From the NCBI GenBank assembly GCA_017470645.1, contig JAFUYJ010000017.1:5463-69462 (forward strand): a stretch of 64,000 bases of DNA, in the 5' to 3' direction. Origin of the DNA: Clostridia bacterium. GTDB taxonomy: Bacteria; Bacillota; Clostridia; TANB77; CAG-508. Shown in pieces: positions 56,845 through 64,000 of the stretch. Numbering within the stretch: the first letter of the stretch is position 1; every line of letters starts with the position of its first letter. The notes under the pieces are model-generated. The model saw only the letters and a program-made list of their open reading frames with translations, was not told the origin of the DNA and did no database searches. A program made the position numbers and the translations under genes.

Positions 56845-57633
56845 ATGAAGTTTTTTAAATTAACAAAGAAAAAGATAATTATTTTATCTACTATAATAAT
56901 ATCTTTTATACTAATTTTTGCATGTACCACCTCTTTTGGTATGCAACACTATTATAAATTAGACTTTTCAACCGGATTAGTTACAGCTGATAGATTAAAC
57001 GTTAGAAGTGGTCCTGGAACAGGTTATCCAGTTGTGGCTACTGTTACTAGAAATCAGTATATTCGAATTTTCGCTGGTGTTGGAAATTGGTATATTGTTC
57101 AAGTCGAAGGTGATTTTGTTGGAGCAGTTAGTCAAAAATATGTTAAACCAATCTATCCAAATAGCTCTGGAACTTCAAGTGGTACTTCTACCAATACTGG
57201 TTCTGGTAACAGTTCGGGAGGAACAACATCACAGTCAAACACTTCTTCTTTAACAGCAGATGAATTAGAAACTTTTAACTTGATTAATCAACAACGTGCA
57301 AACAATGGACTTTCAGCTTTAAAAGTAGATAGCGAATTGCAACGAGTTGCAAGAATCAAAGCTCAGGACATGGTTAATAACAACTACTTTGACCATAACT
57401 CACCTACCTATGGAACTCCATTTAATATGATGAAAAATTTTGGCATTACTTATAAAACCGCTGGAGAAAATCTTGCTGGAAACTCTAGTAACTCGGCTGC
57501 AGTAACAGCCTGGATGAATTCTCCAGGACATAGGGCAAATATTCTAAATAGCAGTTATAATTATACCGGTTTAGCTGTTGTTTCAAGTCCACGTTATGGA
57601 AAAATATATGTGCAAATGTTTATTGGAAAATAA
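56845..57633 (+). CDS. Secreted SH3b domain plus CAP/SCP (YkwD-like) domain protein
   Basis: Signal/TM N-terminus, LNVRSGPGTGYPVV (SH3b), S/T/G linker, C-terminal SCP block (NSPGHRANILN..YN..G). Confidence 0.8.
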   Translation: MKFFKLTKKKIIILSTIIISFILIFACTTSFGMQHYYKLDFSTGLVTADRLNVRSGPGTGYPVVATVTRNQYIRIFAGVGNWYIVQVEGDFVGAVSQKYVKPIYPNSSGTSSGTSTNTGSGNSSGGTTSQSNTSSLTADELETFNLINQQRANNGLSALKVDSELQRVARIKAQDMVNNNYFDHNSPTYGTPFNMMKNFGITYKTAGENLAGNSSNSAAVTAWMNSPGHRANILNSSYNYTGLAVVSSPRYGKIYVQMFIGK

Positions 57634-57640
57634 ACTTAAT

Positions 57641-57705
57641 GTTTTAGGGACTACTTACAAAAAACATCAAGTCTTTGATATTTTTTGTAAGTAGTCCCTA
57701 AAAAC
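57641..57705 (+). terminator. Long (24-bp) perfect hairpin after the SH3b-SCP gene
   Basis: GTTTTAGGGACTACTTACAAAAAA, 16-nt loop, TTTTTTGTAAGTAGTCCCTAAAA(A)C. Confidence 0.6.
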
Positions 57706-57709
57706 ATCC

Positions 57710-57738
57710 TTGACATTCCCCCTATTTAATCATATACT
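57710..57738 (+). promoter_or_regulatory. Sigma-A type promoter of the oxidoreductase operon
   Basis: TTGACA, 17 nt, TATACT. Confidence 0.65.
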
Positions 57739-57821
57739 AAAATCATATTGTGAGAGCAAATATTTCTTGCGAAATAAAACCTTTCATAATTTCAAACCAA
57801 ATCAAGGAGGTAATAATACAA

Positions 57822-58403
57822 ATGGAAGATTTAATTGAAATCAGATGGCACGGTAGAGGTGGTCAAGGTGCAAAAACAGCCTCACTTTTACTTGCTGATG
57901 CAGCTTTCAATACTGGAAAATTTATTCAAGGATTTCCTGAATATGGACCAGAAAGAATGGGAGCTCCAATAACTGCTTACAACCGTATTAGTAACTCACC
58001 TATCACAATCCACAGTAATATTTACGAACCAGATTATGTAGTTGTAGTAGATGATACTTTACTAGATGCAGTTGATGTAACATCTGGATTAAAAGAATCA
58101 GGTGCAATTATCATTAATACAACAAAAGATGGTGATAGTTTAAAGAAAAAATTAAAAGATTATAATGGGGGTATTTACACTATTGATGCAAGAAAAGTTT
58201 CAATAGAAGCTTTAGGAAAATATTTTCCAAATACTCCAATGCTTGCTGCAATTGTTAAAGTAAGCGGAATTATGACTGACGAAGAATTATTAAATGATAT
58301 GGAAGGATCATTTAAACATAAATTTGCTAAAAAACCTGAAGTTATCGAAGGTAATATGAATGCTTTAAAAATAGCTTTAAATGAAGTTAAAAAAGTTAAT
58401 TAG
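57822..58403 (+). CDS. porC: 2-oxoacid:ferredoxin oxidoreductase gamma subunit
   Basis: IRWHGRGGQGAKTAS motif. ATG 57822 follows RBS AAGGAGG; the track ORF starts upstream at 57750. Confidence 0.88.
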   Translation: MEDLIEIRWHGRGGQGAKTASLLLADAAFNTGKFIQGFPEYGPERMGAPITAYNRISNSPITIHSNIYEPDYVVVVDDTLLDAVDVTSGLKESGAIIINTTKDGDSLKKKLKDYNGGIYTIDARKVSIEALGKYFPNTPMLAAIVKVSGIMTDEELLNDMEGSFKHKFAKKPEVIEGNMNALKIALNEVKKVN

Positions 58404-58418
58404 AAAGGAGATTCTATC

Positions 58419-58712
58419 ATGACAGAAATAAATAAAAACACACCTGCTAGCGAATTAACTATTGGTGGAAATATATATACTGCAGGAAATGCTCGTGAGT
58501 TCAAAACTGGTGATTGGAGAAGCACAAAACCTGTTTTCATCAGCGAAAAATGTAAACAATGTGGACTTTGCTTCCCTGTTTGCCCAGATGATGCAATTCC
58601 TGTAAATTGTGAACAAAAAAGAGAAGATTTTAATTATGATTATTGCAAAGGTTGCGGTGTATGCGCTAAGGTATGCCCTTTCGGAGCAATTGAGATGAAG
58701 GAGGAGAATTAA
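58419..58712 (+). CDS. porD: 2-oxoacid:ferredoxin oxidoreductase delta subunit (2x[4Fe-4S])
   Basis: CKQCGLCFPVCP and CKGCGVCAKVCP cluster motifs. Confidence 0.88.
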   Translation: MTEINKNTPASELTIGGNIYTAGNAREFKTGDWRSTKPVFISEKCKQCGLCFPVCPDDAIPVNCEQKREDFNYDYCKGCGVCAKVCPFGAIEMKEEN

Positions 58713-58715
58713 AAT

Positions 58716-59897
58716 ATGGGAATTAGAGAACGTTTAAGTGGTAATGAAGCTGCAGCCATCGCAATGAAACAAATTAATCCTGATGTTGTTGCTGCCTTCC
58801 CTATTACACCATCAACTGAAATACCTCAATATTTTTCAACATTTGTAAGCAACGGACAAGTTGATACAGAATTTGTTGCTGTTGAAAGCGAACACAGCGC
58901 TATGACAGCATGTATTGGTGCTGAAGCTGCTGGTGCAAGAGCTATGACAGCTACATCTGCAAATGGTTTATCATTCATGTGGGAGCAAATATATATTGCT
59001 TCTAGCTTACGTTTACCTATTGTTTTATCACTTGTAAACCGTGCTGTATCAGGGCCTTTAAATATTCATAACGATCATTCAGATGCAATGGGTGTTCGTG
59101 ATGCAGGATGGATTATGCTATTTAGCGAAAACAATCAAGAAGCTTATGATAATTTATTAATGGCTCACAGAATCGCTGAACATAAAGATGTTCTATTACC
59201 TTTAATGGTATGTCAAGATGGATTTATTACATCTCACTCAATTGAAAATATTGAATTATTAGAAGATGATAAAGCAAAAGCATTTGTTGGAACATATAAG
59301 CCTGAGCACTATTTGTTAAATAAAGAAGAACCAATAGCTATCGGTCCACTTGATTTACAAGCTCATTTGTTTGAACACAAATATCAACAAGCTACAGCTA
59401 TGAGAAATGCTAAGAAAGTTATAGCTGAGGTTTCAAAAGAATTTGAAGAATTAACAGGAAGAAAGTATTCTTTCTTTGAAGAATATAAATTAGAAGATGC
59501 CGAAATTGCAATTGTTTGTATGAACTCTACAGCTGGAACAACAAAGTATGTTGTTGACCAATTACGTAATAAAGGAATTAAAGCTGGTCTATTAAAAATT
59601 CGTATGTTTAGACCATTTCCTACAGAAGAAATAGCAAAGGCTTTATCTCACTTAAAAGCTGTTGCAGTTCTTGACAAAGCTGATTCTTTAAACGGTGCCG
59701 GAGGTGCTTTATTTGAAGATGTTACATCAGCTATGTTTGTAAATAAAGTTCAAGTTCCTACTGTAAACTATGTATATGGAATTGGTGGACGTGATACAAC
59801 ATCTAACGATATTGAAAGCGTTTATAACGATTTGGCTGATATTGCAAATAAAGGTGGAACAAACGATTTTTACAGATATTTAGGAGTACGTAAGTAA
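58716..59897 (+). CDS. porA: 2-oxoacid:ferredoxin oxidoreductase alpha subunit
   Basis: 393 aa; GNEAAAIAMKQINPDVVAAFPITPSTEI N-terminus typical of POR/VOR alpha. Confidence 0.88.
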   Translation: MGIRERLSGNEAAAIAMKQINPDVVAAFPITPSTEIPQYFSTFVSNGQVDTEFVAVESEHSAMTACIGAEAAGARAMTATSANGLSFMWEQIYIASSLRLPIVLSLVNRAVSGPLNIHNDHSDAMGVRDAGWIMLFSENNQEAYDNLLMAHRIAEHKDVLLPLMVCQDGFITSHSIENIELLEDDKAKAFVGTYKPEHYLLNKEEPIAIGPLDLQAHLFEHKYQQATAMRNAKKVIAEVSKEFEELTGRKYSFFEEYKLEDAEIAIVCMNSTAGTTKYVVDQLRNKGIKAGLLKIRMFRPFPTEEIAKALSHLKAVAVLDKADSLNGAGGALFEDVTSAMFVNKVQVPTVNYVYGIGGRDTTSNDIESVYNDLADIANKGGTNDFYRYLGVRK

Positions 59898-59921
59898 TAA
59901 ATTCGAAAGGAGATAATAAAA

Positions 59922-60875
59922 ATGGCATATAACATGAAGGAAATAATTGCTACAAAACCAGCAAGATTCACAGCTGGACATAGAATGTGTGCAGGATGTG
60001 GAGCTCCAGTAGTTGGAAGAACAGTTCTAAGAGCACTAAAAAATGAAGACTATGCTGTAATATCATGTGCAACAGGATGTATGGAAGTTTCTACATTCAT
60101 CTACCCATACACATCATGGACTGATTCATTCATTCACACAGCTTTTGAGTGTGCTGCTGCAAACACATCAGGAGTTGAAGCAGCTTACAAATCATTAAAA
60201 AAACAAGGAAAATTACCTGAAGACCAACATACAAAATTCATTACATTTGGTGGAGATGGTGGAACTTATGATATAGGACTTCAAAGTTTATCTGGAGCAA
60301 TGGAAAGAGGTCATGACATGGTTTATGTATGTTATGACAATGGTGCATATATGAACACAGGTATTCAACGTTCAAGTGCAACGCCAAGATTTGCTGATAC
60401 AACAACAAGTCCAGCAGGTAAAGTTATTCCAGGAAAAATGCAAAATAGAAAAGATTTAACACAAATTATGGCAGGTCATCACCTACCTTATGTTGCTCAA
60501 TCTATTGCAGTTAATAATTTTAAAGATTTATATGAAAAATCTGAAAAAGCAATTTACACAGAAGGACCTGCATTCTTAAATGTACTTGCCCCTTGTCCAA
60601 GAGGATGGGGTTATCCAACAGATATGTTAATGGAAATTAACAAATTAGCTGTTGAAACATGCTACTGGCCTTTATATGAAATAGTTGATGGAAAATATCA
60701 CATTACATATAAACCAGCTAACAAAAAACCAATTGAAGAATTCTTAAAACCACAAAGAAGATTCAAGCACATGTTCCTACCTGGAAATGAATGGATGATT
60801 GAAGAATTCCAAAAAGAAGTTGATAGAAGATGGCAAGAATTACTAGATTTAGAGGAAATAACTAATAAAGAATAA
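59922..60875 (+). CDS. porB: 2-oxoacid:ferredoxin oxidoreductase beta subunit (TPP-binding)
   Basis: CAGCG near the N-terminus; GGDGGTYDIG ... NGAYMNTG TPP motif. Confidence 0.88.
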   Translation: MAYNMKEIIATKPARFTAGHRMCAGCGAPVVGRTVLRALKNEDYAVISCATGCMEVSTFIYPYTSWTDSFIHTAFECAAANTSGVEAAYKSLKKQGKLPEDQHTKFITFGGDGGTYDIGLQSLSGAMERGHDMVYVCYDNGAYMNTGIQRSSATPRFADTTTSPAGKVIPGKMQNRKDLTQIMAGHHLPYVAQSIAVNNFKDLYEKSEKAIYTEGPAFLNVLAPCPRGWGYPTDMLMEINKLAVETCYWPLYEIVDGKYHITYKPANKKPIEEFLKPQRRFKHMFLPGNEWMIEEFQKEVDRRWQELLDLEEITNKE

Positions 60876-60893
60876 ATTATAACCATTATATTT

Positions 60894-60932
60894 GAAGGAT
60901 ATAGTACAAAATCTACTATATCCTTCATTTTA
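60894..60932 (+). terminator. Intrinsic terminator of the oxidoreductase operon
   Basis: 13-bp stem GAAGGATATAGTA / TACTATATCCTTC followed by ATTTTATTT. Confidence 0.75.
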
Positions 60933-60946
60933 TTTGCTATTAAGCC

Positions 60947-60975
60947 TTGAAAAATAAAGAAAAAACTAGTATAAT
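60947..60975 (+). promoter_or_regulatory. Sigma-A type promoter of the WG-repeat gene
   Basis: TTGAAA, 17 nt, TATAAT. Confidence 0.6.
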
Positions 60976-61009
60976 AGACTTACATTATTTTTATAAGGAG
61001 GCTGGAACG

Positions 61010-61585
61010 ATGCTAAATATCATCTCTTTACAGGATGGACGGAAAGGGGTATTAGAAAGCGAAACAAAACAGCTTATAATCCCTGCTGAGTACAACGACA
61101 TTACTATCCAAAAATATGGAATTGTAGCCCGTGACTCTAACGATTCATGTGTTATATACCATATGGATGGTACTCCGGCTGTAAAAGCACTAACAAATGC
61201 CCTTCTTCTGGACAATAACTTAGTGCTTACAGCAAGCAAAAAAGGAGTTTGCTATCTTGTAGACTACGTCCAGCGTCAATATATCTGCCAACTTGAATTG
61301 GATGCTATCCTCTTTTTCTGGGGAGCAAACAAACAAGCTGACATTTATACCGCCGACAAAGATTTTTCCTTCTTATACAGGCATCCAGACTACATTAGGT
61401 ATGGTGCTCATGTGGAAAATCTCGTTGGAGTCCGTTCAAAGGCAACTCAGAAATGGGGAGTTTATAGTGTTAACACTCGTTCATTATATTCTCCACTCGA
61501 ATATGAGATTGTAGCCCAGTTTACTGGAACCAACACGAACGTGATTGCTGGCGTAAATGATGCGGGTACTCTCCTTCAGCTGTAA
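61010..61585 (+). CDS. WG-repeat-like protein of unknown function, in a G+C-richer islet
   Basis: Repeats of the KWGV/RKGV...IIPxEY(D/E)xI type (RKGVLESETKQLIIPAEYNDI; QKWGVYSVNTRSLYSPLEYEIV). ATG 61010 follows RBS AAGGAGG. 23-25 G+C per 60-nt line versus ~14-18 nearby. Confidence 0.55.
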   Translation: MLNIISLQDGRKGVLESETKQLIIPAEYNDITIQKYGIVARDSNDSCVIYHMDGTPAVKALTNALLLDNNLVLTASKKGVCYLVDYVQRQYICQLELDAILFFWGANKQADIYTADKDFSFLYRHPDYIRYGAHVENLVGVRSKATQKWGVYSVNTRSLYSPLEYEIVAQFTGTNTNVIAGVNDAGTLLQL

Positions 61586-61607
61586 TTAAACGGCTAAAAA
61601 ATGATGT

Positions 61608-61638
61608 AAAAAAGAGACGGTTGATACCGTCTCTTTTA
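61608..61638. terminator. Bidirectional intrinsic terminator
   Basis: AGAGACGG-TTGATA-CCGTCTCT flanked by A-run and T-run, between convergent genes. Confidence 0.75.
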
Positions 61639-61649
61639 CTTTTATGTTT

Positions 61650-61820
61650 TTATTCTTCAACTGGTGCACTTACTGGGCAAACTCCAGCACATGTTCCACA
61701 ACCTATACACACATTTTGATCAATTACATATCTTTCATCACCTTGTGAAATACATCCAACTGGGCATTCTCCTGCACATGCTCCACATGATATACATGCT
61801 TCTGTAATTTTATATGCCAT
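61650..61820 (-). CDS. fdx: Ferredoxin, 2x[4Fe-4S] (56 aa)
   Basis: MAYKITEACISCGACAGECP...CIGCGTCAGVCP. ATG 61820 preferred over the track start 61832. Confidence 0.9.
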   Translation of the reverse strand: MAYKITEACISCGACAGECPVGCISQGDERYVIDQNVCIGCGTCAGVCPVSAPVEE

Positions 61821-61850
61821 ACATTTCACCACCTTTCAAAATAATATTTG

Positions 61851-62768
61851 CTATATTTCATCGCTATTATTTTTTGTATCCATTTTCTCTAGTTTTTCAA
61901 GTTCTTTTAGCTCTTTCATATGTTCTGCTTCTTCAGGATTAACATTATTGTTTGATCCATTTTTAATTATTTTTACATCTTTAGCATTATATTTTTTGTA
62001 GAAATACTCGTCCCCGTCTCTAAATTTTACTTTTAGTTGTTCCTTTAAAATCTCTACGTTATCAACAACACCTTCACCATCTTCAGTTTTAACTATAGCA
62101 CCAATTTTAGGTAATCTTCTCAATTTTTCCTCATATGCTTCTTGTTCATATTTTAAACAACACATAAGACGTCCACAATTTCCTGATATCTTAGATGGGT
62201 TTAAAGAAATGTTTTGTTCCTTTGCCATTTTAATTGAAACCGTTTCAAAATTTCCTAAAAAAGAGCAACAACATAATTCTCTACCACAAACTCCATTTCC
62301 ACCTATTCTACGAACTTCGTCTCTTACGCCTATCTGTCTTAACTCTATTCTTGTTTTAAAAATACTTGCTAATTCTTTTACTAATTCTCTAAAATCTATT
62401 CTTCCGTCAGCTGTAAAATAGAATAGTATTTTACTTCCATCAAACTTGTATTCAACGTCTGTTAAATTCATTTCTAAGTTGTGCTTTTTAATTTTTTCTT
62501 CACAAATTTTTAAAGCCTCTGATTCTTTACTTTTATAGTATTCTAAATTTTTCAAATCTTCAGCTGTTGCAACTCTAATAACCTTTTTTAGCGGGTTTGT
62601 TACTTTTTCGTCTGGTAATTCCCTTTTATTTACAACTATTTCTCCAAGTTCGTCTCCCATAGCTGTTTCAACTACTACTTTGTCCCCCATTTTTACTTCA
62701 AGATCTTCTGGGTCAAAAAAGTAAATTTTTCCTGGCTTTTTGAATCTAACCCCTACTATTTTTTTCAT
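61851..62768 (-). CDS. ricT: PSP1 domain protein YaaT/RicT (stage 0 sporulation / RNA-maturation complex)
   Basis: MKKIVGVRFKKPGKIYFFD...; Cys cluster GRELCCCSF...CGRLMCCLKYE. holB-yaaT synteny. Confidence 0.88.
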   Translation of the reverse strand: MKKIVGVRFKKPGKIYFFDPEDLEVKMGDKVVVETAMGDELGEIVVNKRELPDEKVTNPLKKVIRVATAEDLKNLEYYKSKESEALKICEEKIKKHNLEMNLTDVEYKFDGSKILFYFTADGRIDFRELVKELASIFKTRIELRQIGVRDEVRRIGGNGVCGRELCCCSFLGNFETVSIKMAKEQNISLNPSKISGNCGRLMCCLKYEQEAYEEKLRRLPKIGAIVKTEDGEGVVDNVEILKEQLKVKFRDGDEYFYKKYNAKDVKIIKNGSNNNVNPEEAEHMKELKELEKLEKMDTKNNSDEI

Positions 62769-63666
62769 TAATCTCCTCCCATATATTGAAAAGTAAATAA
62801 TCTATACACATATCATAATTACTGTTACTTAATAATCTCTTTTTTGTGTTTTCAACTATCTTTATAGAATTTATATATTTTAAATTATTTATATTCTCTT
62901 TTGATTTTTGATATAATATAACATTTATATAATCTAAATAATCATTAATATTATCTTTGTTCTTGTACAATAACTCCGCACTATTCACAACAGAAGTTAA
63001 ACTTTTGTTAAAATTTAGAAATATGTTCTCAAGCTCACTGTATTCGTCAAGCTTACTACTAATAGACAAGCATTTTCCAATACTTCCATCACACATCTTT
63101 AATATATTTTTATTAATACTACTTATATTGCACTTTTCTTCTAAAAATCTTGTTATTTCATTATCATTTATTTTCTCAAAATGAACTTTCATACATCTTG
63201 ATTTTATTGTTGTTAAAATCTTGTTTTCATTATTTACAATTAAAATTATAACTATATAATCAGGTGGTTCTTCCAATGTTTTAAGTAGACAATTCTGAGC
63301 TTCTCGTGTCATTAAATCAGCATCATTGATTATGTAGATTTTCTTTCCAGAATTTATAGGCTTCTCTACAACCTTTATTTGCATCTCTCTTATTTGTTCA
63401 ATTTTAATAGCTTTACCATCTGGTTCAATATATATATAGTCTGGATTATTTCCACTATCAAACTCTATGCATGATTTGCAATTGTTACATTCTTTACCAT
63501 CAAAATTACTACATAAAATCATTTTTGCAAACTGGCTAGCTATTAATTTTTTTCCTACTCCAGGCTCTCCTATAAACATATAACTGTGTAAAACAGTGTT
63601 ATTTTTTAATGATTTAGTTAAAATATTTTTTACATTATCATTACCAATTATATTATTGAAACTCAA
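62746..63666 (-). CDS. holB: DNA polymerase III delta-prime subunit
   Basis: HSYMFIGEPGVGKKLIA (P-loop-like), CNNCKSC zinc module, LLKTLEEPP. Confidence 0.88.
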   Translation of the reverse strand: MSFNNIIGNDNVKNILTKSLKNNTVLHSYMFIGEPGVGKKLIASQFAKMILCSNFDGKECNNCKSCIEFDSGNNPDYIYIEPDGKAIKIEQIREMQIKVVEKPINSGKKIYIINDADLMTREAQNCLLKTLEEPPDYIVIILIVNNENKILTTIKSRCMKVHFEKINDNEITRFLEEKCNISSINKNILKMCDGSIGKCLSISSKLDEYSELENIFLNFNKSLTSVVNSAELLYKNKDNINDYLDYINVILYQKSKENINNLKYINSIKIVENTKKRLLSNSNYDMCIDYLLFNIWEEINEKNSRG

Positions 63667-63716
63667 GTAAGTTCACCACCAATTTTTTATTTATTAATCA
63701 AGCATTATTTATTTAC

Positions 63717-64000
63717 TTACTTAACATTTTTGTAAATTCCACCAATTTTGTTTAATGGCCAAAATCTAAATACCGCCCTACTTTCAATTTTTTCTACTGG
63801 TACACATCCAAATCTTCTACTATCTGTTGACTCAGGTCTATTATCTCCAAGTACATATACTGTATTTTCAGGAACTATAACATCTGTATACAATCCTTCT
63901 AAATCTGTTGTTACTACGTAATCCTCTAAATAATCTTCTTGTAATTTATCGCCATTTATATACACTGCTCCATCTTTTATTTCTACATGTTCTCCAGGAA
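63717..64000 (-). CDS. lepB: Signal peptidase I (C-terminal part; 5' end beyond window)
   Basis: VLGDNRPESTDSRRFG box. Frame stays open to position 64000 (…PGEHVEIKDGAVYINGDKL…). Confidence 0.85.
   Translation of the reverse strand, partial: PGEHVEIKDGAVYINGDKLQEDYLEDYVVTTDLEGLYTDVIVPENTVYVLGDNRPESTDSRRFGCVPVEKIESRAVFRFWPLNKIGGIYKNVK

Noticed and set aside
57641-57705. GTTTTAG...CTAAAAC termini of this hairpin, and of the core inner stem at 51751/55222, resemble type II CRISPR repeat ends.
   Set aside because: These are single inverted repeats, not direct repeats separated by spacers. There is no array and no cas genes. I treat this one as a long terminator hairpin.

Overview
Very AT-rich Firmicutes chromosomal core segment. 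It looks Clostridia-like, and Spo0E-like, YaaT/RicT, FtsK/SpoIIIE and YkwD-like genes hint at a spore-former. Almost everything is on the minus strand. In coordinate order: a pcrA fragment, a D-Ala-D-Ala carboxypeptidase, lgt, an M16 peptidase pair, yqeY-rpsU, then the complete S10-spc-alpha ribosomal protein cluster (rpsJ at 32371 down to rplQ at 15616, including secY-adk-map-infA-rpmJ-rpsM-rpsK-rpsD-rpoA). After that come a PPIase, disA-radA, a beta-CASP MBL nuclease with an unknown partner, ftsK, rsmD, divIVA, sepF, miaA, mutL, tRNA-His and tRNA-Gln, a sortase, a HIT protein, a short alaS, mtaB, a capA-like gene, yaaT, holB and lepB. The plus-strand islands are a Ser T-box controlling DUF1653-serS (engB follows) and a four-subunit 2-oxoacid:ferredoxin oxidoreductase operon. 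I saw no CRISPR array, transposase, integrase, or recognisable defence or toxin-antitoxin system. Nine things do not fit routine annotation. (1) A two-copy element (51.7 kb and 55.2 kb) has a conserved G+C-rich ~114-nt hairpin core nested inside long, locus-specific, fully paired outer stems. (2) Several spacers inside the normally compact ribosomal operons are expanded: two are filled by long palindromes, one of them with a strand-asymmetric G.T pattern, and one by an unannotated 54-aa ORF between rplW and rplB. (3) The ftsK leader carries five CGCGT boxes and mutually exclusive hairpins. (4) Helically phased TTGTAATAT repeats lie upstream of the sepF and rsmD promoters. (5) An orphan tandem pair of VirB2/TrbC-like small pilin-type proteins sits among housekeeping genes. 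(6) There are tiny Cys-rich transmembrane peptides. (7) Two single-gene islets are richer in G+C than their flanks. (8) Two adjacent genes are frameshifted in A-runs. (9) There are ribosomal-protein and AlaRS architecture oddities. All calls come from reading the sequence and the ORF track; no database search was possible.
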